A DNA stretch of 64,000 bases from an uncultured Candidatus Saccharibacteria bacterium (GTDB lineage: Bacteria > Patescibacteriota > Saccharimonadia > Saccharimonadales > Saccharimonadaceae): assembly GCA_946409745.1 (NCBI GenBank), contig CAMJXP010000001.1, forward strand, positions 20,498 to 84,497, in the 5' to 3' direction. Positions within the stretch are counted from its first letter, which is position 1, and every line of letters begins with the position of its first letter. Under the pieces are notes generated by a model that saw nothing but the letters and a program-made list of their open reading frames with translations, was not told the origin of the DNA and did not search any database. Shown here in pieces: positions 49,103 to 58,357 of the stretch. The position numbers and the translations under genes were made by a program.

Positions 49103-49828
49103 ATGGATAAAATTGTAGAGGTCAAAAACTTCCGAATGACTTTTGGTAATAAAACTGTCATTAAGGATCTCAGTTTTGACGTTAAAAAAGGCGAAATCTT
49201 TGGCTTACTCGGTTCGAATGGTTCGGGTAAGACGACAACGCTCCGCGCACTGCTGGGTTTTTATGAGCCAACGAGCGGGGAATTATTAATAAATGGTAAA
49301 AAGTATGATCCGGAGGATACTTCGGTTACGGTTGGCTATTTGCCAGAAGAACGTGGGTTGTACCGCAAAGAGTCGGTGATTGATACGATGATTTATTTTG
49401 GTGAATTAAAGGGTCTAAAGAATCCGCGCGAATGGAGTATGAAATATTTGAAACGCGTGAAACTCGAAGACAAGGCGAATCTAAAGCTCGAAAAATTATC
49501 TGGTGGTCAGCAACAAAAGATTCAACTTGGTATCACCATCATGAATGAACCAAAGCTTCTTATTCTCGACGAGCCGACGAAGGGTTTTGACCCGGTGAAC
49601 CGTAGACTTTTGATGCACATTATAGATGAGTTGCACCAAAAAGGTTCGGCGATTATCATGATTACGCATTATATGGACGAAGTCGAAAAACTTTGCGACC
49701 GTGCGATTCTATTAAAGGATGGTGTGGCGAGAGCTTACGGCAAGATTTCTGACATTAAAAAGGAATTTGGTGGAAAGTCACTAGACCAAATCTTCGTAGA
49801 AGTATATGGAGGTGAAGATGAAGAATAG
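49103..49828 (+). CDS. ABC transporter ATP-binding protein
   Basis: GSNGSGKTT, LSGGQQQ, ILDEP, ITH. Confidence 0.92.
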   Translation: MDKIVEVKNFRMTFGNKTVIKDLSFDVKKGEIFGLLGSNGSGKTTTLRALLGFYEPTSGELLINGKKYDPEDTSVTVGYLPEERGLYRKESVIDTMIYFGELKGLKNPREWSMKYLKRVKLEDKANLKLEKLSGGQQQKIQLGITIMNEPKLLILDEPTKGFDPVNRRLLMHIIDELHQKGSAIIMITHYMDEVEKLCDRAILLKDGVARAYGKISDIKKEFGGKSLDQIFVEVYGGEDEE

Positions 49829-51014
49829 TCCAATTAAAACCGTTTTTAAATTTGAAACGATTCGGCAGCTCAAAAAACCGTCGTTTTGGGTGGCGGTGCT
49901 ACTCATGCCAGTTTTGTTTGGCGTCATGTTTCTAATTAGCTTTGTTGCTGGTTCAGAGAACGCAGATACGACACCACACCTTGCGGAAGACACGGTGATT
50001 GCAATTACGGATAAGGCGGGGGTTTTGCCGAAGGATAATCCGTTTAATAAATATGATTCAGAAGAAACTGGTGTTGAGGCGGTGAAGAAAGGCGAAGCAG
50101 ATCTTTTCTTCTACATTCCTAAGGATTTTCTCGAAACTAAAAAAGCGCAGTTCTATCATATTTCGGAAGGACTGGAAATCTTTAATTATGATGGCAATGC
50201 GCTCAAAATGATTTTAAGCCAGTATGCCAAACTAAAAGTTGATGAACTGGATGCGATAGTGCTTGCCGGTGAATATGAGATTAATGATAATAAGCTAACT
50301 GCGACTGGTGAACCCTCAAATGCATTAGGCAAGGCAATTGTTCCAGGCGTAATTTTAGTAGTGTATTTCGTATTTATGGTACTGTTTGGTTCAAGACTAT
50401 TAATGACGGTAGTCGAGGAAAAAGAGAATCGAATTTCGGAAATGATTCTTACAAATATTTCTTCAAAACATTTGATTATCGGCAAGATTTTAAGCATGCT
50501 GACGCTTGGTGTAATTCAGGTGCTAGTAATGGTAATACCAATGATTCTGTTACTGGCCTTTAACTGGAACAATCCAGCAATTTCCTCAATTGTATCGATA
50601 ATCGAACTTGATCCAGCAACTATCGCCGTGAACGTAGTTTTGTTCGTAGCTTCGATTGCTTTATTTGCAGCTGCTAATACGATGGTTGGTGTAGTCGTGC
50701 CAACGGCACGCGACGCGTCACAATATATTGGTCCGATAGTCGTAGCTTCAGTTTTTCCGCTTTACTTTATGCAAGCCTTTATGGCGACCGAACCGGGACT
50801 AATCGTGCACTTCTTAACGTACTTCCCACTCTCGGCGCCGGTGGCATTGATGCTGAGAAGCACGTTCGGGACACTGACACCAGTGGAGCTTGCGATTGGC
50901 CTCGTTGAAATTATCATTTTCGCGGTGATAATCCTTAGAATCACAATCAAACTGTTCCAAAAGAATGCTATCAATTTTGAAGTGGTGAAATTTAAACAGT
51001 TGTTTAAACGCTAA
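49818..51014 (+). CDS. ABC-2 type permease (NatB/YhaP-like)
   Basis: VVEEKENRISEMIL...LIIGKI; multi-TM; overlaps the ATPase gene. Confidence 0.88.
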   Translation: MKNSPIKTVFKFETIRQLKKPSFWVAVLLMPVLFGVMFLISFVAGSENADTTPHLAEDTVIAITDKAGVLPKDNPFNKYDSEETGVEAVKKGEADLFFYIPKDFLETKKAQFYHISEGLEIFNYDGNALKMILSQYAKLKVDELDAIVLAGEYEINDNKLTATGEPSNALGKAIVPGVILVVYFVFMVLFGSRLLMTVVEEKENRISEMILTNISSKHLIIGKILSMLTLGVIQVLVMVIPMILLLAFNWNNPAISSIVSIIELDPATIAVNVVLFVASIALFAAANTMVGVVVPTARDASQYIGPIVVASVFPLYFMQAFMATEPGLIVHFLTYFPLSAPVALMLRSTFGTLTPVELAIGLVEIIIFAVIILRITIKLFQKNAINFEVVKFKQLFKR

Positions 51015-51923
51015 TCATTCTTTAGATTGGCGTTTCAGATTAGCATTCCAATAATTGAAGGAGTCTTTGTCGCCGAGTATTTTGGCTTCACGCATTTTAA
51101 TGGTCATAAATCTTTGTTTATCTCCCGCGCTCATTTTATCCCACTCGGCTGGAGTGACTTCTAGTGGATGCCTTTCGATGGCCATTTTCATAGCAGCTTT
51201 GTAACCATTAATAGCAACTTCGTCACCGTCTTTTTCGGCCTGAGCGAGACCGGTTTCCAAACGATTTAGTTGATCGGCAATTGGATGATGAAAAACATTT
51301 GCTTCGGCTCTCTTTTCAGTGGTTACTAGTTTGATGTCAACTGTGGAATAGCCATTCTTAGTAAAACTTGAATCATCAAGATTGATTTTTAAATCAGTCA
51401 GAGTTTTGCCATGTTGTCTCAAGCGGCGCTCAAGCATGGCTTGGCCGTTTGGATCAGTGAGCATACTGAATTTTGATTCTTCGAGAGTGTTGTCACCGAT
51501 AGTTTGGTGAAATCGGCCGTTTTCGATGAGTTCCTTTAGGAGTTTACCTTCGGCAAAATTAGTATTTTCGTCTTTAAAACCAAAGCGATCAAGTGTTTTA
51601 TCAATGTAATACTCCGGACCACGGTCGCTAAAACGATTGCCTTGCATTTTTGCTTCATCATCACGTGCTTTTTTAGCCCGCTCATACAAAAACCGTGAAG
51701 TCTTAACGCGCAGAATTGTATCTTCATCAGTTTCTTCGTTGCCGGTTTCTTTTGATATAATTTTTCCTTCTTTCATCATGTATTTTTGTAAATCATCAAT
51801 GACGTCGGACGGCGCTTTGAGTTCGGTTTCACTATGATTCATAGGGACGTCTTTTAAAGTATCCCATTCGGTGGGATTATCGGATGGTTCAGGGTTTTCA
51901 TGAGAGTGAAGCGATTCTGTCAT
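51015..51923 (-). CDS. Hypothetical soluble protein
   Basis: 302-aa charged ORF directly after DUF1810; N-terminal PTEWDTLKDVPM segment. Confidence 0.7.
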   Translation of the reverse strand: MTESLHSHENPEPSDNPTEWDTLKDVPMNHSETELKAPSDVIDDLQKYMMKEGKIISKETGNEETDEDTILRVKTSRFLYERAKKARDDEAKMQGNRFSDRGPEYYIDKTLDRFGFKDENTNFAEGKLLKELIENGRFHQTIGDNTLEESKFSMLTDPNGQAMLERRLRQHGKTLTDLKINLDDSSFTKNGYSTVDIKLVTTEKRAEANVFHHPIADQLNRLETGLAQAEKDGDEVAINGYKAAMKMAIERHPLEVTPAEWDKMSAGDKQRFMTIKMREAKILGDKDSFNYWNANLKRQSKE

Positions 51924-51924
51924 T

Positions 51925-52365
51925 TTAGTCCTTCTGGCTGTTTAGGATTTTTAGTGTCTTTTCATCTTTTCGGCCGTCGTAGTATTTGTTGATGGCGTCA
52001 ATGAAGAGTTGGTTTTCGGGGGCAACTTGATTAAATAAAGTAAGGCAGGAAAGAAACTTCATGGCGTCAATGTGACCAAAGATTTCTTCGGCGGATTTGC
52101 CCTCGATTTGATTTGTGATTTTAACGAGTTCTTCGAGGCGAGTGCCAAGCACAGAATTATTGTAATATTCGGTGGCTTCGCCAATGTTCTGAATCGCATA
52201 TTTTGCCGCCATGTCACTATGACCGAGACCTTTGATTTGTGGAAAAATATACCACATCCAGTGACTTTGTTTTAAACCTTCTTCTAATTCTTTTTTCGCG
52301 GTTTCATATTGGGTTAATTCGCCATAATGATTGCTATTTTGGGCTTCGATAAAACGATCTAACAT
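51925..52365 (-). CDS. DUF1810 family protein
   Basis: LDRFIEAQ, GLKQSHWMWYIFPQIKGLG, IFG..DAMKF.S.LTLF. Confidence 0.88.
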   Translation of the reverse strand: MLDRFIEAQNSNHYGELTQYETAKKELEEGLKQSHWMWYIFPQIKGLGHSDMAAKYAIQNIGEATEYYNNSVLGTRLEELVKITNQIEGKSAEEIFGHIDAMKFLSCLTLFNQVAPENQLFIDAINKYYDGRKDEKTLKILNSQKD

Positions 52366-52418
52366 GGCTTTATTATAACAGATTTGAAATTCGATGTTTT
52401 TTAGAATAAAATAAAGGT

Positions 52419-53543
52419 ATGTTTACGATATTCAAGTTTTTGATAGTGATTTTCTATTTTGTACTTCTAATAATTTGTCTTAGAAGAATTCGAAAGATTA
52501 CTAAAAAAACGATTTATTCGTATGAAATCGTCTCGATTATGGGTGTAATGATTTTTATAGTTGGTGTGATTATCAAAGATTGCTTCACGCTTTATAATAT
52601 TATGACCGTGTATGGGATGGAAGATTATAATATGTATGCTTTTTTCACGGATATCGGCACGATGTTCTCGAATTTCACGATGTATGTTTTTCCGTTGATG
52701 ATTTTGCTCGCGATTTTCCTCTTAATTTCAAACACGGTTTTAATCGTAGTGGAGGGGAAAAGTAGGACTAATGTTTTGGGATTTTTGCTAGGACTTTCAT
52801 TAATTATCGGGACACTATTTGTAAAAGATATTTACGGCTTCCTAGGCAGTTTATTTGATGTGCATTCATATGCTGGGTATTGTATTTCGCTCGCGATTGA
52901 AAATGTGATTTCGATTACGCTGACCTATTTTGAATGCATGATGATTGCAACGACTTATATTGCTTTAAGAAGTTCACATCGCAAGATAAAACACCAAAAG
53001 GATTACGTGGTGGTGCTAGGTTGCAAAGTGCTTGATAATGGAAAACCGGGTGGAATGCTCAAAAAACGAGTCGATGCAGCGCTAAAATTTGCGAGAGGCG
53101 AAAAAGCAAGATTTGGAACTTTGCCGGCACTGGTATTTTCTGGTGGGCAAGGGTATGACGAGCCAATTTCGGAAGCTGAATGCATGGAAAATTACGCGAT
53201 TAGTCAAAGATATAGAGGGGAAATGATTTTGGAAGATGAATCAAAAACGACGAGGCAAAATTTTCTCTTTTCAAAGAAATTGGTGGGATCGGGCGAGAAT
53301 GTAGCGTTTGCGACGACGGATTTTCACGTGTTTCGATCGGGAGTGATTGCGACCAAAAATGGATACAAAAACATCGAGGGAATTGGTGCGAAATCGCCGT
53401 GGTATTATTTTAATAATTCATTAATTAGAGAGTACGTGGCAAATCTTAGCTCGGAATGGAAGATGCACGCATTTAATCTGATTTATTTAAATCTCGCGTC
53501 GATTATTTATATTGTGATTTGCTATGCGTTTGATTTTATGTAA
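52419..53543 (+). CDS. YdcF/DUF218 family membrane protein
   Basis: N-terminal TMs; VVLG, R.D.A, SGGQG.DE.ISEA, E..S.TT.QN, TTDFHVFR, IRE. Confidence 0.85.
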   Translation: MFTIFKFLIVIFYFVLLIICLRRIRKITKKTIYSYEIVSIMGVMIFIVGVIIKDCFTLYNIMTVYGMEDYNMYAFFTDIGTMFSNFTMYVFPLMILLAIFLLISNTVLIVVEGKSRTNVLGFLLGLSLIIGTLFVKDIYGFLGSLFDVHSYAGYCISLAIENVISITLTYFECMMIATTYIALRSSHRKIKHQKDYVVVLGCKVLDNGKPGGMLKKRVDAALKFARGEKARFGTLPALVFSGGQGYDEPISEAECMENYAISQRYRGEMILEDESKTTRQNFLFSKKLVGSGENVAFATTDFHVFRSGVIATKNGYKNIEGIGAKSPWYYFNNSLIREYVANLSSEWKMHAFNLIYLNLASIIYIVICYAFDFM

Positions 53544-53601
53544 AGGGAATAGTACAATCGGACTAAATGCTATAATAAAAGAATAAACAGGAACTTATTT
53601 T

Positions 53602-54150
53602 ATGCCGAGACCACGTAACAAACAGGATTTATTAAAAGCTGGCGAAGAATACTATACTAAGCTCACTCAAATGGCCGACTCGATGAGCGAGAAAGAAATG
53701 AATACTGAGTTTGATTTCTCCGGTGATCCATCAAAGAAAGAACGCCACTGGGGACGCGACAAGAATCTGCGCGATATTTGGGTGCATTTATATGAATGGC
53801 ACCGAATGCTATTAGAATTTGTCGATACAAATCTGAATAAAGGCGGTAATGCACCATTCTTGCCAGAACCATACACTTGGAAGACTTACGGTGATATGAA
53901 CGTCGAATACTGGAAGAAACACCAGAAGACTTCACTAGAAGATGCGAGAAAGATGTTCGAAAAATCGCATAAAGACGTCATGAAGTTAGCTGAAAACCTA
54001 AGCGAAGAACAACTATTCACCAAAGGTATGTATCCTTGGGTAGGTAGTTCGGTGCTTGGTTCATATTTTGTAAGTTGTTTATCTTCCCACTATGACTGGG
54101 CAATGAAGAAACTTAAAGCACATAAGAAGAATTGCGAGAAAGCATTATAA
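53602..54150 (+). CDS. ClbS/DfsB (DUF1706) four-helix bundle protein
   Basis: MPRPRNK, RDKNLRD..HLYEWH, PYTW, SSHYDWA.KK.K. Confidence 0.85.
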   Translation: MPRPRNKQDLLKAGEEYYTKLTQMADSMSEKEMNTEFDFSGDPSKKERHWGRDKNLRDIWVHLYEWHRMLLEFVDTNLNKGGNAPFLPEPYTWKTYGDMNVEYWKKHQKTSLEDARKMFEKSHKDVMKLAENLSEEQLFTKGMYPWVGSSVLGSYFVSCLSSHYDWAMKKLKAHKKNCEKAL

Positions 54151-54152
54151 AA

Positions 54153-54248
54153 TGGCTGGAGACGCGTGCTGACGCAAAGGGCAGGGTGACGCCTCCGCTT
54201 CGCAAATAATTGGCTGGAGACGCGTGCTAACGCACGCTAAGTCCAGCC
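54153..54248. repeat. tRNA-Gln-linked 24-bp direct repeats with hairpin
   Basis: TGGCTGGAGACGCGTGCT(G/A)ACGCA at 54153-54176 and 54211-54234; first 8 bp equal the tRNA-Gln 3' end (54300-54307). Confidence 0.8.
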
Positions 54249-54259
54249 GGCGAAAACTC

Positions 54260-54288
54260 AAAAAAGCGAGAGTAAACTCTCGTTTTTT
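54260..54288. terminator. Bidirectional terminator after tRNA-Gln
   Basis: AAAAAAGCGAGAG-TAAA-CTCTCGTTTTTT. Confidence 0.75.
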
Positions 54289-54299
54289 ATTCGTTTTCT

Positions 54300-54374
54300 T
54301 GGCTGGACCGGCAGGATTCGAACCTGCGAATGCTGGGACCAAAACCCAGTGCCTTACCGCTTGGCGACGGTCCA
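54300..54374 (-). tRNA. tRNA-Gln(TTG)
   Basis: TGGACCG/CGGTCCA acceptor, CTGGG-TTTTGGT-CCCAG, discriminator G, CCA. Confidence 0.93.
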
Positions 54375-54487
54375 ATACCCATATATTTTACCACATTAGG
54401 GAATTAGCGTCAAAACTTGACTTTTTTGGTAATCTGTGCTATAATAATAACAGGTATGCCAATTTTAGAGTTAGGGGGTATTAACTT

Positions 54488-54742
54488 ATGGCATGTATTG
54501 GTACTTTTCAATGGGCAATCAACGAAGTGGATCGAATCGAGAAACGATTCAATCTGTATGCGGAGAGAGCTGAAGCTCATGACTGCACAATTCGCCACGA
54601 GGTTGGTCACGAGAATCTTTCAGAATTGTCGAACCAACTCGACGAAGCAATCCGAGTCCTTTCCTGCATCAACGACGATTATAATCGTCCCCACTACGAA
54701 CGCGCACTTGATTTATCCCAGAAAATTAGCGATGCTATGTAG
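54488..54742 (+). CDS. Hypothetical protein (84 aa), stand-alone transcription unit
   Basis: TTGACT-17-TATAAT promoter, AGGGGGT SD, downstream GGCCTGAGT-TTAT-ACTCGGGCC hairpin. Confidence 0.6.
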   Translation: MACIGTFQWAINEVDRIEKRFNLYAERAEAHDCTIRHEVGHENLSELSNQLDEAIRVLSCINDDYNRPHYERALDLSQKISDAM

Positions 54743-54824
54743 CCCATACAGGCCTGAGTTTATACTCGGGCCTTTCTCTTTATTAAAATAAGCAAAAGCT
54801 TAAAACTATGTTATAATAATGAAT

Positions 54825-57107
54825 ATGGCAGGTAGAAAACGAAAATCATCTAGAAAAACATCTCGTGCTAGAAAAGAAGCTCCAGTTGAACATGAACTTC
54901 CAGGTGGATTCTGGCGACAAATTATGGGCATTTTAATGATTGCGATTGCGCTATTTTTCGTAATCACGTGGTTTAGTGAAGACAAGTCGACTCTTAATAT
55001 GGTGCACCGTACAATCTTAAGTTGGCTCGGTGTCGCAGCTTACTTTTTGCCACCACTACTCGTGTATTTAGCCGTGAAAAAACTCCGTAGCGAGAATAAC
55101 AAGGTTGCAATTCCGGTATATCTGGCAAGTATTTTAATGATTATTTGGATTTCCGGTATTGGGGCGATTTGGCACAATGGCGGTTCGGTAGGAAAATGGC
55201 TGAACGACATGCTAGTTGGCGTGTTTGGCGACGGCGTCGTGCTATTCTTCTACATTGTATTAATCTTTATTACGACCGCATTTATCTTACAGGTTTCGCC
55301 GATTACGCTATTTAAAGATACGAAGAATATCGTGAAACCGGGTAAGAAACCGGTCGAAGAGAATACTGACGAAAAAGACAAGAAACTTGGACAGATTGAA
55401 ATTAAGGTTAATTCGGGCCTTGGTGCGACAGCCGCTGCCAAAGAAGCACCGGTAAAACATGGTTTGTTTGGTCGTAAAAAGGCGCCAGAAATTCATCAAC
55501 CGGCACCAGCGAAGGCGGCAGTTCCAGAAAAGCCAGAAGAAGCCAAGGCGCTCGTTTCGATTTCGGATCCAGAATGGAAGATGCCAACGACGGCGCTTCT
55601 CAGCAAGAAACAAACTCCGCAAGATCCGGGCAATGTGAAGCAAAATGCCTATATTATTCAGAAGACTTTCTCGGAATTTGGGATTGAAGTAGAGATGGAA
55701 GACGCCAACATTGGCCCACGCGTGACGCAGTATACTTTGCGCGCGCCAGGCGGTGTGAACCTTGCGAAGATTGCAGCGCGCGATAAGGAGCTCGCTTATA
55801 ATCTTTCGGCGAAGACCGTGCGTATTGAAGCGCCAATTCCTGGTACGCAGCTGATTGGCGTGGAAGTACCAAATGTAAAATCAGCTTCCGTATCACTTAG
55901 GGGTATTATCGAGAGCGAAGAATGGAAACACGCTAAAGAACCACTTACCTTCGCGATTGGTAAGGATATTTCTGGTAAACCAGTGGTTGCAGATCTTGCC
56001 GGTATGCCACACCTTCTCATTGCTGGTACGACTGGTTCAGGTAAGTCTGTAATGACGAACACGCTCATCATGTCGCTTCTATATCGTAATTCACCTTCAG
56101 ACATGCGTCTTATTATCGTGGATCCGAAGCAGGTGGAAATGGTGCAATATAATGATATTCCACACTTACTTACGCCAGTGATTACGGATACTGGTAAGGC
56201 GCTATCGGCCATGAAATGGGCGGCTAACGAAATGGATAGGCGTTATCATTTGATGGCGGAAGAAAAGGTCAAGAAGATTGGCGAATATAACCGTAAGATG
56301 GAAGAAAAAGCGGCGAAGCTGAAAGAGGCCGGTGAAAATGAAGTCACGGAGGAAGAAAAAGAGAAAATCAGCAAGATGCCATACATCGTGATTGTGATTG
56401 ATGAAATGAGCGACCTTATGATGCAGGCGTCGAAGGAACTTGAACCTTTGATTGTGCGTGTGGCCCAGCTTGGTCGTGCGGCTGGGATGCATTTAGTACT
56501 TGCAACGCAGAAACCGATTGTAAAAGTGATTACCGGTCTGATTAAAGGTAACATTCCGTCACGTATTGCTTTCCGCGTGCTGACTTCGATGGAATCACGT
56601 ATTATTCTCGATTTATCGGGTGCAGAGAAACTACTTGGCCAAGGTGATATGTTGCTTTCGACGGAAAAGACGACCAATGGCCCGGAGCGTATCCAGGGTG
56701 CTTGGTCACCGGATGAAGATATTGAAAAGGTGACGAACTTCCTGCGCGAGCAACGTCCACCTAACTATAATAAGGAAGTCATTGCGCAGGCCGTTGCGAT
56801 TAAAGGCATGGGCCCAGAAATGGGCGGTGCAATTGGCGACCTCGGCCGTCGGTTTGATCCAAATGACCCGATGGTTCGTAAGGCCGTGGAGATTTCGCTG
56901 AATAAAGGTAAATTCTCGACTGCCATGCTCCAGACATATCTCGGTAAAGGCCATGGCTTTGTGAGCGGTCTCGCCATTTGGTTTGAGGAAATTGGTGTGA
57001 TTGGTCCACAAAACGGCAACAAGCCGCGTGACTTATTAATTACATCGATGGATGAATTTGACCAACTCGCCAACGCTGGTGGCGTCGACACCCCTGAAGA
57101 GTATTAA
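54825..57107 (+). CDS. ftsK: DNA translocase FtsK/SpoIIIE
   Basis: 4TM N-terminus; GPRVT.Y, RIEAPIPG, PHLLIAGTTGSGKS, DPK.VE, IDEMSDLM, ATQ, C-terminal gamma domain. Confidence 0.93.
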   Translation: MAGRKRKSSRKTSRARKEAPVEHELPGGFWRQIMGILMIAIALFFVITWFSEDKSTLNMVHRTILSWLGVAAYFLPPLLVYLAVKKLRSENNKVAIPVYLASILMIIWISGIGAIWHNGGSVGKWLNDMLVGVFGDGVVLFFYIVLIFITTAFILQVSPITLFKDTKNIVKPGKKPVEENTDEKDKKLGQIEIKVNSGLGATAAAKEAPVKHGLFGRKKAPEIHQPAPAKAAVPEKPEEAKALVSISDPEWKMPTTALLSKKQTPQDPGNVKQNAYIIQKTFSEFGIEVEMEDANIGPRVTQYTLRAPGGVNLAKIAARDKELAYNLSAKTVRIEAPIPGTQLIGVEVPNVKSASVSLRGIIESEEWKHAKEPLTFAIGKDISGKPVVADLAGMPHLLIAGTTGSGKSVMTNTLIMSLLYRNSPSDMRLIIVDPKQVEMVQYNDIPHLLTPVITDTGKALSAMKWAANEMDRRYHLMAEEKVKKIGEYNRKMEEKAAKLKEAGENEVTEEEKEKISKMPYIVIVIDEMSDLMMQASKELEPLIVRVAQLGRAAGMHLVLATQKPIVKVITGLIKGNIPSRIAFRVLTSMESRIILDLSGAEKLLGQGDMLLSTEKTTNGPERIQGAWSPDEDIEKVTNFLREQRPPNYNKEVIAQAVAIKGMGPEMGGAIGDLGRRFDPNDPMVRKAVEISLNKGKFSTAMLQTYLGKGHGFVSGLAIWFEEIGVIGPQNGNKPRDLLITSMDEFDQLANAGGVDTPEEY

Positions 57108-57172
57108 AAAATTACAACAATAAAAGTCTAGCGTTTTCGGGTTTTTGATGCTACAATGAAAAGACAACATTA

Positions 57173-57265
57173 ATATCAAGAATGAGGCGAGGGAACGGCC
57201 CGATGACCCCCATACCAACCTAGTTTAACCAAGGTGGTAATTCCGTCCAAAGAAAGGAAAGATAT
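57173..57265 (+). ncRNA. SAM-I (S-box) riboswitch
   Basis: ATATCAAGA...GAGGGAACGGCCCGATGA...CCAACC...GGTGGTAATTCC...GAAAGATAT matches the SAM-I core; directly upstream of metK. Confidence 0.85.
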
Positions 57266-58226
57266 GTTCTACAGAACAGCGGAGAGCGTTTCTCCAAAAC
57301 ACCCAGATAAATTATGTGACCAAATTTCGGACGCGATTCTTGATGCGTACCTCGCACAAGATCCGGATTCCCGCGTGGCAGCAGAGACCTGTGGCGGACA
57401 CGGTGTTGTTTTTGTGACCGGCGAAATCACATCAAAGGGCGATGTAGACATACCTGCAATTGTAAAAAGAATCGCAGGTAAGGATACAGAAGTCCATACA
57501 AAGATTGTGAAGCAGTCACCAGAAATTGCACAGGGCGTCGATACGGGTGGTGCCGGTGACCAAGGCATCATGATTGGCTATGCGTGTGACGAAACCCCAG
57601 AGCTTTTGCCACTCGAAGTCGTCCTATCTAGAAATTTGAATGAGTTTATCTATGACAAATATCCTTATGATGGCAAGACGCAAGTCACGATTGCGCCGGA
57701 TGGCACAATTGATTCGATTGTCGCGAGCTTCCAGAATGTTTCAAAGGCCGAGCTTAAGGAAATGGTCGAGAAATTCATTAAGGACAGGAAATTAAAAGGC
57801 AAACTCGAACTACACTTAAACCCAGCCGGTGACTGGAAGCAAGGTGGTTTTGATGCTGACACTGGCCTCACCGGTCGTAAACTCATCGTTGATAACTATG
57901 GTCCACGTATCGCGATTGGTGGTGGTTGTTATTCTGGTAAGGATGCATCAAAGGTTGACCGTTCAGCGGCTTACATGGCTCGTAAAATTGCGGTGGATTA
58001 TCTCAAGAAGCGCCACGCAAAAGAAGTATTGGTACGTCTCGCTTATGCGATTGGCAAGGCAGAGCCACTTGAACAAACGGTAATTGTGGATGGCAAGCCA
58101 GAAGAAATCGAAGGTTATGATTTAACGCCACGCGGCATTATTAAATTCCTCGATTTGAAGCGTCCAATTTACGAAGAGACCGCGAGATATGGTCATTATG
58201 GCCATAAGTTTGACTGGGACAAATAG
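57264..58226 (+). CDS. metK: S-adenosylmethionine synthetase (short form)
   Basis: ESV...HPDK.CDQISD, GAGDQG, DGKTQV, GLTGRK..VD.YG, GGG..SGKD..KVDRS. Confidence 0.95.
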   Translation: MFYRTAESVSPKHPDKLCDQISDAILDAYLAQDPDSRVAAETCGGHGVVFVTGEITSKGDVDIPAIVKRIAGKDTEVHTKIVKQSPEIAQGVDTGGAGDQGIMIGYACDETPELLPLEVVLSRNLNEFIYDKYPYDGKTQVTIAPDGTIDSIVASFQNVSKAELKEMVEKFIKDRKLKGKLELHLNPAGDWKQGGFDADTGLTGRKLIVDNYGPRIAIGGGCYSGKDASKVDRSAAYMARKIAVDYLKKRHAKEVLVRLAYAIGKAEPLEQTVIVDGKPEEIEGYDLTPRGIIKFLDLKRPIYEETARYGHYGHKFDWDK

Positions 58227-58357
58227 TTAATCTATCACGGTTAGGCTTTGACAGGGGCGGAAGACTAGACAGTTTTCCGCCTTTGTGCTATAATGAATCG
58301 GTAATATTAGCTCAGCAAACGGTATTTATTCGCGTTTGCTTTAACCAAAGGAGTCAT

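Noticed and set aside
54153-54234. Mini-CRISPR array (24-bp repeat, 34-bp spacer)
   Set aside because: Only two repeats, no cas genes or leader in the window, and the repeats share the tRNA-Gln end.
54417-54791. 124-aa plus ORF overlapping 54488-54742
   Set aside because: Begins inside the -35 box and crosses the terminator; the 84-aa frame has the promoter, SD and terminator.
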